A stretch of DNA of 64,000 nucleotides, from assembly GCA_946965045.2 (NCBI GenBank), contig OX337229.1, forward strand, positions 6,014,001 to 6,078,000, written 5' to 3'. The notes beneath the pieces were generated by a model that was not told the origin of the DNA, did no database searches, and worked only from the letters and a program-made list of their open reading frames with translations. The DNA is from Epithemia pelagica. Lineage: Eukaryota; Protista; Bacillariophyta. How positions within the stretch are numbered: position 1 is the stretch's first letter; every line of letters starts with the position of its first letter. Position numbers and translations under genes: made by a program. This document shows, piece by piece, positions 28,137-39,299 of this stretch.

Positions 28137-28514
28137 TTGTAGACTGGTCCAGACAGAGGTTGTGGAGGTGGCCAAGGGTCGACTTTGAGACAATATTCGA
28201 AGCAAGAGTGGCAATCGTTCGACTTCGGCCTTTTGCCACTCCTCCTCCTCGTTGTCGTTGTGGTTGTTGTCGTCGTTGTGGTCGTCTCGACTGGTAGGAC
28301 AACGACGACGATTCCGTAACAATCCTTGTTCAAAATTCCCCAACGCTACGGAATCATGCAACTTATACAATGGATTTGGTTGGACCGCAGGGCCAGAGGA
28401 ACGATTCTTGTCGTCGTTGTCGTCGTCCTGCACAGGATGGATGACGGTGGTGGTGTGGGGAGCATCCATTCTCGTAGAACAAGAATGGATCCTGCTAGAC
28501 ACGTCCGTCTGCAT
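24045..28514 (-). CDS. INTS2: Probable Integrator complex subunit 2, with poly-Q and acidic insertions
   Basis: 1489-aa ORF. Segments recalled as INTS2-like: 'RLAVNCPSALPCLVRGCL', 'ARASLLELASLSP', 'EDPLTLFKCP...RRIILFLL' and 'ALFKQGLPFEELDWLIHHVPE'. Assignment is by eye. Confidence 0.65.
28051..28134. repeat. (TGT/CAA)28 microsatellite encoding poly-Gln in the INTS2-like gene
   Basis: Perfect run of about 84 bp. Confidence 0.95.
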
Positions 28515-29144
28515 GCCCGATTACTGCCTGTCCTCGAATAGGAATCGTTCCAACAAAAGGGCAGCAGAGAAGTCTCCAGCACCACCAGCACAAAACCAGT
28601 TCACTTCATGGTCTTCGTCGGGAGTCACCAACTATTACTCCTTCATAGAAACTATTCCTATCTACTATAGCTATCTGCAGAAAGGATTGGGTATCTCCTT
28701 CCCGTTTCGATCCCGGTCCGCTATAGTACGTCATCAGCTTCCGGATAAGCGCGACCTGATAGGGGACTTAATCCGTTCATGAAACTGACGTCAGTATATG
28801 GCGATCACGGAAAAAGGGCGGGTATCTATGCAATAGAATCTTTTGTGTCTCAGTTGCGTCGATGGTTTGGTGTGTTCTTGTTTTCTTCGATTGACACAAG
28901 CAATCTTACCATACGATTGATCTTCTTGTTCGTTTGTTTGTTCAGTGAAAACGAGAGAGAGCAACAAACAAACAAAAAAATGACCCTGTCGTGGCTGTTG
29001 CCTCGTCGCTTGGCGACTGCCCGTGTCGTCATTGGTCGATCCTTTTCGGCCGCCTTGTCGTCGTCGTCGTCGTCCCCAGTCCCCAACCACAACAACTACG
29101 ACAACACGACGCTTTCCCTATGCGGAATCCTTACCCTGGGCCAC
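28309..29144 (+). repeat. Left arm of an inverted segmental duplication (INTS2 5' end + promoter + P5CDH-like 5' end)
   Basis: Reverse complement of 33518-34290. For example, 'ccgtaacaatccttgttcaaaattcccc' and 'atgaccctgtcgtggctgttgcctcgtcgcttggcgactgc' are shared, with scattered substitutions and indels. Confidence 0.9.
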
Positions 29145-30458
29145 GGTCGATCCCTTGCAATTGAATGGATTGTTGATTTCCAAACTAGGCTTCCTCCTTC
29201 GAGACTCATCTGAGACAACGAAGAAGGAGAATAATGCCTTTGCCATTCCTTCCTTGACCGCTTTGGGATATACTAGTGCGGAACAACAGGAGGATGGATT
29301 GCAACACCGCGTCAAGGGTGGTATCGACTTTATGGGTGGAGAAATGGCCGGTCTGACACTTTTGGATACCATGATGCAACGTCATCAATGGGTCGCCACC
29401 TTTGAAAAACCCAAGACGAGTCCCAATGCCTTGACGGTCGATACGACCGGCTTGAGTCCCTATAAGTGACGACCGAACCGAACGAATCCACCGCCAGTAT
29501 ATATGTGTGTGCGTGTGCGCCGTACGTCCCCTCATGTTGCTGGCGTTTTTCTTGTGTGTGTGTGCGTTTCCGATGTCTGTGTATTTTATATTCTAGATGT
29601 CAAACATGGCTGTGTGTCACCGCGTCGCTTTTTTATGCCCTATCGGCCGTCTATACCAAGTTTCCCGCCCGGGAACGATCCAAACCCCCCGTCTCCTTGC
29701 ACGGTCAACTCATGTGGCGCGAATACAACTCTTCAATGGGCTACAGTACCCCCAATTTTGATCAAATGGTGGACAATCCCGTGGCGCGACAAATTCCCTG
29801 GGACGATGATCCCGCCTTGCTCCAGGCGTGGCGGAATTCGCAAACGGGATATCCTTTTATCGATGCCATCATGACGCAACTTCGGGAAACGGGATGGATT
29901 CATCATTTAGCACGACATGCCGTGGCATGCTTTTTGACGGGAGGGGATTTGTGGCAATCTTGGGTACCTGCAGCAGTATAATATGGTTGGTCCGTTTCGT
30001 TTCGCTTGGTATATCTGCTGCATAACCTATTATGCGACGCATGATTGCCCTCGCATATAATAGGATTGCACGACCACACTCTCACTTATCTCTTCTGCAA
30101 ATGGCTCCCTCAATTCAAGTACATGCCCAAAGCGTTTATCTATAAACCGTGGGAAGTACCTATTGAGGTACAACGAAAATGCGGTGTTGTCATTGGAAAG
30201 GATTATCCACCGCCCATTGTTAGTCTAGGTAACGTCGTCGTCGTGGTTTGTTCTCGGTGGGTGCTATGATTAGTGGCTCAATTTTCTGACGCCTTCTCTT
30301 CGAACGACCCCCAGGTGGATCACAGTGTCATTTCCAAGGCCAATATGGGCCGCATGAAACAAGCCTACGACCAACAAAACGGCGCCAATGCGGCTCCACC
30401 CGCCGCTCCGAAAGAACCAGCAGGAAACGAATCGGGCCGCAAACGACGGAGAACGTGA
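28980..30458 (+). pseudogene. Chimeric pseudogene: P5CDH 5' end fused to the C-terminal half of a (6-4) photolyase/cryptochrome (CPF1-like)
   Basis: MTLSWLLPRR... then a frameshift to 'YAESLPWATVDPLQL', then 'GGEMAGL...WVATFEKPKTSPNAL..TTGLSPY', 'HGCVSPR' and 'PPVSLHGQLMWREY'. Next come 'QTGYPFIDAIMTQLRETGWIHHLARHAVACFLTGGDLWQSW', 'KWLPQF..IYKPWE..GVVIGKDYPPPIV' and 'VDHSVISKANMGRMKQAY'. The N-terminal domain and the segment between DLWQSW and KWLP are missing. Confidence 0.85.
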
Positions 30459-30849
30459 CGATGAAATATAACACAATGATGAGTGTCATTGTGCTCGCAA
30501 GTATCTACTCATTAGATAGATGACACGGTTTATGATAGGATTGCAAACCATTATACCAACAACAGAAATACAATAATAGAAAGACTCAAACCCTCATATT
30601 GGGCTGGGTGACCGAGGATTGGGAGGTGACTGTGATACCAAATGAGTGAGGTTGTCTAGAGCAAGTTTTCAGCAGATACAAATCCTGTTCTTTAGAGACA
30701 CATATAGAAGCGCATCCATCTCAAGGAACCGTTTCGTCTTGGAAAATCAGCACGAGCACCTTAGTAACACCACACACGTATTCATGCTCCATGATCTTCC
30801 GTCGTTGAGTTTCAAAAAGATTCTTCCTCAAACTTCCTCACCTTCGAAC

Positions 30850-33648
30850 CTAGTTCTCCTCCTCCTCCTCCTCCTCCTCGGCGTCACGGAGTTGAAAGGT
30901 GGATATGGTCGGTTCCAACATTTCACGAAACCAAACACGGGCGCGCTTGTAATCGGGAATAGGGAATTCTGCATTAGGCGGTTCGCGGAAGCTGCACGCC
31001 ATGATGCGATCACCGAGAGATATTGTTGCCGATGGATACTCTTGCTGTAACCGTGTCTCCAACAGACTGCGCAGGGCCTCCAAACCAGTGTAAGAGTATC
31101 CAGCTTTACCAACTTTGGGGCTGGAATCGTTGTTTTGAAATGAAATTCCGAGGGACGCCCACCAGGATTTAGTTTTTTTGGCACTCGCCATTGTCGTATG
31201 ATGTTTGCATTGGATCGTTACTAGCTCACCGGTCTTGCTTTTGTTGTCGAAAAGAAGAGCAAGGACAACCCCACCTTGCGCAGAAGCTGTTCCTTGGGAA
31301 AAGACAATGCACTCCCGACCATCTTCTTGTCCGATGGAAAGGTTAGGTAGCTCCATCTCCGATTGCTTTGCTAGCTTCTTTTTCAGATCCTTGATAACCG
31401 CGGCGGTAATATTGTCATCACGTTTGTTAGACATGGGTGGCCATGCATACCGTAGCGTGACACGCTGCGAACGATATCCTTGAATTTCCATTAAACGCTG
31501 GTAATGTAAAGCTGTCAACTCTTCCAATTCATTGCCAAATGAAGGCCGGATAGGACAGGTTAAACCAAAACAGGACATGTATTTGAGAGCTGCTGAGGTA
31601 CCCGACTTGACAGCAAGGCCCACTTCGAAGATCTCGTTTGAAGGCTTCTTGAGTTCTTTCACTTTCTCTCGCTCAATCTGTCGAATTTTCGAGACAGTTG
31701 CGTGTTCTCTCAGTGGTGGTCGAATCGCTGTCGAGAGATGATACACAAAGGATTCTGCCAACAACTCATCCCGCCTATTCGAGGACAAGTCACCCATAAT
31801 ATTCTTGGTGACAAAGAACCTGACCCCGTAATCCATGAGTGGGCCAAACGATGCAATGGCCTTCAGTCTTTCCTTGTATCGTCTTTTCTTCGTTTGAGGA
31901 TCAAAGTTACCGTCGACTGAGTGAAAACCTTGTCGAAGAACGGGGAGGATCCCTCTAAAGAGCATTCTTGAGTTGGTCTGGAGAACTCGAGAGAACAGCC
32001 CGTTGGATACTGCCCGACTTATTTCTGGTTTTATCACGCCTATCTTTTCAAGATGCTGCAGATCTGGTCCTTTCATTCGAATTAGTCTACTATAGGCAGG
32101 GTTTGTTCCTATCTGATTGCCATCACGGATTAAATCCAAACCAGTGCCCACCAGGACAAGAATGATCTGTTCCTTGACTAAACCATTCATCTCGCGGTAC
32201 GTCTGCCTCACAGTGTCAATCAAGCCCTCGACCAGATCAATATCCGTTGCCTCATCAAGAATCAGTGCAACCTTACTTGGCAATGCATCACTCGACCAAC
32301 AACCCTCGCTCCATGATCGGGCGTTTGCATCGCCTTCACAAAATTTCTTGAAAGCTTGTTTGAGAATCTCCCTCGCCCATTTGTTTCGTGATACGTCAAG
32401 CTTGGTCTTCAAGCTATCGATGACATCAATATGATTGCTGCTCTTTTCTTTGTGAACGTTTAGGACCCCCTGCAAAAACTTATGTATGTGTGGAAACTCG
32501 CTTTCTGGCTTCCTGGCGTAGACCTCGGAAACATCGGTCCTCTTACCCTCTCCTTTCTCCTCCTTGTTACTTTCTTCGTCCCCTTTCTTGTCCTCTCCCT
32601 CGTTCTCCCTTTGGTTTTTACTCATGCGTAGCAACATGTACAGTGGGATAAAACCACGCTCCATTGATTCAAGGCAAGAAAATACAGATTTACCACTGCC
32701 GCTTTCTCCGGCCACCACCAACGCATACGATTTGTCGTTTTGGATGTTGCTGTCTAGATTGTCAAATTCATTGACGCCATGAACTTGCACGTATTCCCTT
32801 TTTGTGGGGAGAACGCCGTTCTCATCGCTATCTCGGATAGGTAGGAGCTGCGACTCGCAAAATTTCTTGAATTCGTCCCTGTTTCCCTTGATTCGACCCA
32901 GTGCCTTGTCGGCGGTGTACCTGGTGTACTCGTCTTTGTCTTGGTAGAAGACAATATATTGTCCTCTAACGTCTTCACCGCTCCGAAAAGAGACTATCAG
33001 TTGCAGTTCTTTTCCTTCGACAGTCGAATCGGTTGCCGCCTCCAAGAGTTTCTCTGCTGACCCATATTCCTTTGCTACAAAGATATGTCTCCAGTCAACA
33101 GCAACGGAAACCACATTCATCCACTTTTTATCCTCCACCAGAGCATTCAACACATACTCTAGAAAATCTGGGTAACTCAAGGGTTGGTCGACTTTTGCTT
33201 TGCTGTGAGCATTTACGTCACTGTCACTGTCACTGCTGCAGCTGCTGTTGCCCTCATTGTCGATGCTACGACTATCGATAACATATGCAATGTCGGCGTC
33301 TCGATCTTGAATCAATTTTTCCAGCAAGGAATACTCGTCGACACTGAGGAGTGCTTGCGCAGCATCAAGCTCTTTTTTCAGTGCCCCTGATTCTTAATCC
33401 GGTTCTTCTTCTTGTTCTTGTGCAAGGGACGACGACAAGATTCCCAGATTCCTCCTCCTTGGGACCACAGCGGTCGTCGTCGTGGAAGCAGATGGGGAAA
33501 ATGCTTCCACCCTTTTGGTGGCCCAGGGTAAGGATTCCGCATAGGACAAGCGTCGTGTTGACGACGACGACAAGGCCGTCGAAAAGGATCGACCAATGAC
33601 GACAAGGGCAGTCGCCAAGCGACGAGGCAACAACCACGACAGGGTCAT
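30850..33648 (-). pseudogene. Crinkler/RHS-like P-loop NTPase + PD-(D/E)xK-like nuclease ORF with a chimeric leader; a single in-frame TAA at 33396-33394
   Basis: Walker A 'VVAGESGSGKS', Walker B 'LILDEA' and C-terminal 'SQGTASAQGGVVL...VTIQCK'. The 825-aa ORF has only a TTG start. The upstream ATG at 33648 (MTLSWLLPRR) is in the same frame, interrupted by one stop. Confidence 0.6.
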
Positions 33649-34290
33649 TTTTGTGTTGGTTAGTTGCTCTCTCTCGTCGTCTTCAATGAACAAACAAACA
33701 AGAAGATTGATTGTGTCAATCGAAGAAAACAAAAGAACACACCAAACCATCGACGCAAGACTACCCGCCCTCTCCGTGATCGCCATATACTGACGTCATT
33801 TTCATGAACGGATTGAGTCCCTTAGTAGGTCGCGCTTGTCCGGAAACAGATGACGTACTATAGCGGACCGGGATCGAAACGGGAAGGAGATACCCAATCC
33901 TTTCTGCAGATATCTAGTACAAGTTTCATAGAGTAGGAGTATAGTTGGTGAGAGTTGGTGACACCCGACGAAGACCATGAAGTGAAGATTCTCTCTCTGG
34001 TTTTGTGCTGGTGGTGCTGGAGACTTCTCTGCTGCTTTTCTGTTGGAACGATTCCTAATGTACGAGGAGAGGCAGTGTCCGAGCATGCAGACGGACGTGT
34101 CTAGCAGGATCCATTCTTGTTCTACGAGAATGGATGCTCCCCACACCACCACCGTCATCCATCCTGCGCAGGACGACGACAACGACGACAAGAATCGTCC
34201 TTCTGGCCCTGCTGTCACACCAAATCCATTGTATAAGTTGCATGATTCCGTAGCCTTGGGGAATTTTGAACAAGGATTGTTACGGAATCG
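33518..34290 (-). repeat. Right arm of the inverted segmental duplication
   Basis: Reverse-complement match to 28309-29144. Confidence 0.9.
34085..34290 (+). pseudogene. Truncated duplicate of the INTS2-like 5' coding end
   Basis: 'MQTDVSSRIHSCSTRMDAPHTTTVIHPAQDDDNDDKNRPSGPAVTPNPLYKLHDSVALGNFEQGLLRNR', then divergence and a stop. Confidence 0.85.
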
Positions 34291-35380
34291 ACTGCTGTAG
34301 TAGTAGTCCAGCCGCTCCACACTCCTCCGCCAGCCTGGAACATCTCATGGCTCCGACGCAGCATACGATTGGTGCCATTGCCGAAGAACAATGGGCTCGT
34401 CAAGGCATGGACTTTTAAAGTCGGGCCGAACAAGGCATTGGACTGCAACAGTAACTCCAACAACAACAACAAGCCTATGATCCATCCACTTCGTCGTCCG
34501 TCGTGTTATCCAATTTACTCCAACAAAGTTTGGTCTACGATCAATACGATCGAATCCAACACCAACACAATCAAGTCCTATGACCCCACCACCACAACAA
34601 CAACAGCAGCAACAACAACGAGACCCACAATCGACCCAGTCACCCACAAGGAATGAACCATCCAACCAACAAAATAATCAGTGCAGTCCCAACAGTCCCC
34701 AAACAAAACATGAAAGAAAGCATGTCCATGGCGTCCCGATCCACCGCCCTGGATACGCACTGCTGTCGGTACACACGACGAGAGAGGGACAGGGCCATTC
34801 GTGGTGGGGCCGTACTTATGGGACACTGGTTCCGTGATTTATTGATTTCCATCGTTGGAACAACCCAAGGTTACTGAATGCTTGGGTCGTCCTGTTGTGT
34901 TTCACTCTCTGATGGCAGTCGTATGAATCATCACGGGGCTGCAGAGGATACTGGGAGTATCCATTGACAAATGAAAAAGAAGAAACAGAAAACGTGTCTC
35001 TATGCACGCGCATGTTCCAGTGATTTCTGATCTTTTTCTGCGTTTGGTTGTGGGAGCGTAGACTCAGAGAGAAACAACCACAACAACCAGGAGGAACAAG
35101 GTAAACCAACAAAAGAAAGCGAGAGACGAAGAAAACTAGTGTGGGCCCTTGTTTCTCACTCAATTCTAGTTATCCTATTCGGAAGGTATTGGATCCAACC
35201 GTCCCGAGCGTCTGTTGCTTCGCTTGGGTGAACAATCAATACGAACCAACCAATAAAATGGCTGATTTTCCAAATACTCTCCCTCGCGGATGGTGATATA
35301 TAATGACTACAAAGTACTCCTATGGATAGGTAGGTGTAGTAAGAACTATCTAGGAGTACCTATTGTCGCATTACCTATCA

Positions 35381-37626
35381 TTACGTGGGTGGTGGTTGGA
35401 TCCAATCGGTGGGAATGGGGGCATGATCGGTAATAATTTCTCGATGACAGGACCACACGAGTTGTATGGCTTCGGGTGTCCCAATGCCGGCGCCTCGCGG
35501 ATCCCCCGCCGGTCCAAACCAATGGTTTTGGGGAGCGCCCGTGGTGCGGGCCCGTCGTCCCGTATAGGTTGTCCCATTCACGGTATGGGCCAAGACGTGT
35601 TGACAAAAGTCCACGTCATTGGAAACCACAGCAGCCGTCAAATGATGCGACATGCCTTCCATCAAGTCTAGGACGATCGGTAAGGTTTGGTCGTTGTAAT
35701 AGGAAATTACCTGAAAGGGAGCAAACAATTCTGTCGTACACAGGTCGACATGTTGGGGTTTGACCAATTCTTGCAACGGTACGTAGACTGCCGTGGGTTC
35801 CACGGCACCGTATTGTGGGGGAATGGTGTGCTGTTTGAGTTCCTGACCTCCAAACAAGACTTGGGCACCGGGGATACTCGACACTTGTTGGACATGATTC
35901 AAAAAGGTTTCCGTCGTGACCGTCATGGTCGGACCAACCGTCAAATCGGCCAAGCTTCGATGGGCGGCCGTGGCCTCGAGTCGTTCCATGAAATTTGTCG
36001 TCTTCCAATTCTCATGGACCAAGAGTATGGATTGGGCCGAACATTTTTGCCCCGCACAAGCGTAGGCATCTTGATCGCATTGCCAGGCAACATGGTTGAC
36101 CGTTTGTGGTTGTTCCGCAGTCGGCACGTCAGGTCCCAAAATCTTCCAATCAAAGCCGGCATCTTCCAATTTGATCTTGCCGCGCGTCACCGTGGCCAGC
36201 CGTTCTCCGACACGAGAGGATCCGGTAAATTGCGTCATGCGAATCGGAGCCTTGACCAAGAGTTGTTCCATGACGGGGCCTTGACAATTCAACTGCAAAA
36301 TGTAGAATAGAAATTGAGAATGGTGGAATGTGCGGGGTATAATATAAAAGGAATGACACAAGCCAGGGAGAAAACAACATCCGCATCGTCTGTGAGCAAC
36401 AGTTGTTTTTAGGGCGCTGCATACTGTGACCAATACAGGACGACAGTCGCCGAAAACAAAAACGTACCAAATCGCAATCGGATGGATCCATTCCACAATA
36501 ATGCAAGAGTCTCAGAAATTGTTCCATGACAATCTGCAATTAGTATTATCGAAACAAGTGAGGTCGGGTTGCAACAAACAGACAGAACGCGTGTGAGAGT
36601 GTCGGATCGTCCTTCCTTGCGTATTGTGCTCTCTAGTTTGTTCCAAGACAAAAGTGCTTGGAGGGTTTGCCACGACAGTAGATAGAAAGAAAGAGAACAC
36701 ACACACTCTCTCTGTAGATATACATGATACACACGAGCATGTGGCCCCCGTTCGATGGAACAGCAAGAAGAAGAAGAACCGCACAATATGCCACCATCAC
36801 AACAACAACAACAACAACAACAACGTATTGTACGTACTGACGCTGGCTCCGAGGGTTTGAGGACAGCCTTGTTGCCCATGAAGAGTGCTCCCATGACTTG
36901 CAAGACGGGAATTTCCAAAGGAAAATTAAAGGGACAAATGACCGCCACGGAACCGTACGGCCATCGATGACCGACCGACATTTGACCCACGTGATCACCG
37001 GGTACACCAAAGGATGTGGCCAAGCGACGGACATTGTCGCCGGCAAAATTGTTCAAAAACGAGGCCGTGACACGGACTTCTCCCATGGCTTGGTCATACG
37101 ATTTGGGAACACAGGCTTGAATGCATCGCGCAAAAAAGTCAGAGCCAGCCGGAGAGGACAAGACGTGACCGGCCTTTCGCGCAATGTCGCCCCATTCCAA
37201 ATAGCGATGTACATCTTTCAGGGGATTGTGCAAGCCACTCTTGGGGACCTTGGCCAAACTTTGACAAAAGAGTATCAATTCGTCCGTTTCGTTGGTTTTG
37301 GGAATGCTAAACAAGGCATGAGGGGCATTTCGATCCAAAGGTGCCGGAATGTCCAAGCGATCTTGTTGTTCATGCCCAGTCCATTTGCCGTCGCACAAGT
37401 TTTGGATGCGATAGGGATTGGGATCGTATCCAGTCAATTGCAAGGGATCGACCGTGGCCCACGGTAAGGATTCCGCATACGACAAGCGTGTAGAAGACGT
37501 TGTTTTTGTTGTTGTTGTTGTTGCGGACGACGACGACGACGACGACGACAAGGCGGCCGAAAAGGATCGCCCAATGACGACACGGGCAGTCACCAAGCGA
37601 CGAGGCAACAGCCACGACAGGGTCAT
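35381..37626 (-). CDS. ALDH12: Mitochondrial delta-1-pyrroline-5-carboxylate dehydrogenase, plant-type (ALDH12)
   Basis: Exons 37626-36838, 36533-36468 and 36292-35381 join in frame at GT-AG sites. Motifs 'WPYGSVAVICPFNFPLEIP', 'FTGSSRV', 'KLEDAGFDWKILGPD', 'AYACAGQKCSAQS', 'ELFAPFQV' and 'GAPQNHWFGPAGDPRGAGIGTPEAI'. The N-terminus is R/S/T-rich, like a mitochondrial presequence. Confidence 0.95.
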
Positions 37627-38080
37627 TTTTTGGTTGGTTTGTTGCTCTCTCTCGTCTTCACTGAACAAACAAACAAACAAGAAGATCAATCGTAGTATGG
37701 GAAGATTGCTTCTGTCAATAGAAGAAAACAAGAACACCCCAAACCGTCGACGCAGATGTAAAACAAGAGAGAAAAGAGAATGCTCTTGCTTTGTGTTCTC
37801 AAAGAATCGCGGAAGATTCCCTCCCTCATTGATCAGTCGCTCAAAACAACTCAAGACTCAACCAACAACGAATGTAATAAGGTTCGGGATATACTGTGTA
37901 GGACTATCCAGGCTACCATTGGACCGCTTCGCGGTAAAGAGTCGACTAAGTTCAGTATCTGTTATCTGTGCAGTGGAATCCGTGACTGAACGAACCAGAA
38001 GTACTGAAATATGTAGACTACTTAGGAGTGAGAATAAAGAGAGACGGTGTAACTGAACTTCCTGGGAGTAGTTGTGGAAT

Positions 38081-38543
38081 TCTAGTATCCACAGGTTTCG
38101 GAATGTGAAAACGTTGTCACTTATATTCCACGCCATACGATATCTGATGATGCAATGCAATTTGGGTGCGGCAACTCTAATGGTATAGTTGTTCCTGTTC
38201 GACTTGAGGCTATAGTACTATAAGATTTGTCGCCATTTGTTTCGCGTGAGAACAACTCTAGTATCCACAGGTTTTGGAATGTGAAAATGGTGTCACTTAA
38301 AGTCCACGCCATAAGGTATCTGATAATGCAATGCAATTTGGGTTCGGCAACTTTGATGGTATACTTGTTCCTGTTCGACTTGAGGCTATATTACTACAAG
38401 ATTTGTCGCCATTTGTTTCGCGTGAGAACAACTCTAGTATCCACAGGTTTTGGAATGTGAAAATGGTGTCACTTATAGTCCACGCCATAAGGTATCTGAT
38501 AATGTAATGCAATTTGGGATCGGCAACTTTGATGGTATACTTG
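38081..38543. repeat. 176-bp satellite, left edge of the array (about 2.6 monomers)
   Basis: Same monomer as the larger blocks: ...gaggctatagtactataagatttgtcgccatttgtttcgcgtgagaacaactctag... Confidence 0.95.
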
Positions 38544-39299
38544 TGTTAGGATTCTCACCTTTAACTAGGTGATGGTGGAATCTACAACACATCGACTGAT
38601 GCTAGTATTTTATGGCATCCGATGACATTTTCCTAAAAGTGAGAAAAGAATGTCGGCATGCTCGCGAAACTATAAATTTGGCCACGGCATGCTCGCAGTG
38701 CACGCGTTATCGGCGACCGCTCGGATATTAACTATGGCCCAACACGTGCGCGCCCAAAACTATCAAGTGCGCGCCTCTACTATCCGAGTACGCGCATCCA
38801 CGATTCGACCTAACGGTCTATGTAATCAAAGCACGAATCACGATCACGCGAGACCATATCTCTGTTCCCACAAATCCAAGAATGCAAACAGCAACGCGCC
38901 CAGGACAAGACTTATACCACGACAAAGCAAGAGCTGTTGCATCCCATACATGTTATCCATCACCCTATACATTCAATACACACCAATGCCGGTCTACTCC
39001 AACCAGTGAGGACCTATCACACCAGATCCATGGCCGTATACAAGAGCAAGGACTTCGGCACCATCAACCACCTTAGTTAGTAATCGTCTCACAATCATTA
39101 ATATCACCATTTTAACACTCATCTTAAGACTAACCTCTTATCAGTGGACCGACTGCCCCCACCCACGGCGGACTTCGACTTGCAACTCTTCTCTGACCCG
39201 TGGAGGATTGTTGTATCGGTTGGTGATCGATTGTCGGCTCAGCGAGCCTTTTACCCAACTACCTATTACCCTTCTGAATTCTCAATGAGAGTTCTGCTA
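38544..39299 (+). repeat. 5' LTR (TGTTAG...CTGCTA)
   Basis: No difference from the 3' LTR in the lines compared by eye; the embedded 119-aa and 64-aa ORFs translate identically. Confidence 0.93.

Noticed and set aside
8296-28302. Long antisense or alternate-frame ORFs (e.g. 8771-10201, 12059-12796, 14015-14479, 26922-28142, 27539-28333)
   Set aside because: They are shadows of low-complexity coding regions and AAC tracts, giving poly-C/V/L/T/S translations.
28309-34290. The inverted arms as long TIRs of a Pack-MULE-type element
   Set aside because: No TSD was found, the arms are visibly diverged, they consist of host gene 5' ends, and one contains the start of the intact INTS2-like gene. 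Segmental duplication fits better.
38650-39076. 119-aa and 64-aa ORFs inside each LTR
   Set aside because: No recognisable motifs; they are duplicated only because the LTR is.
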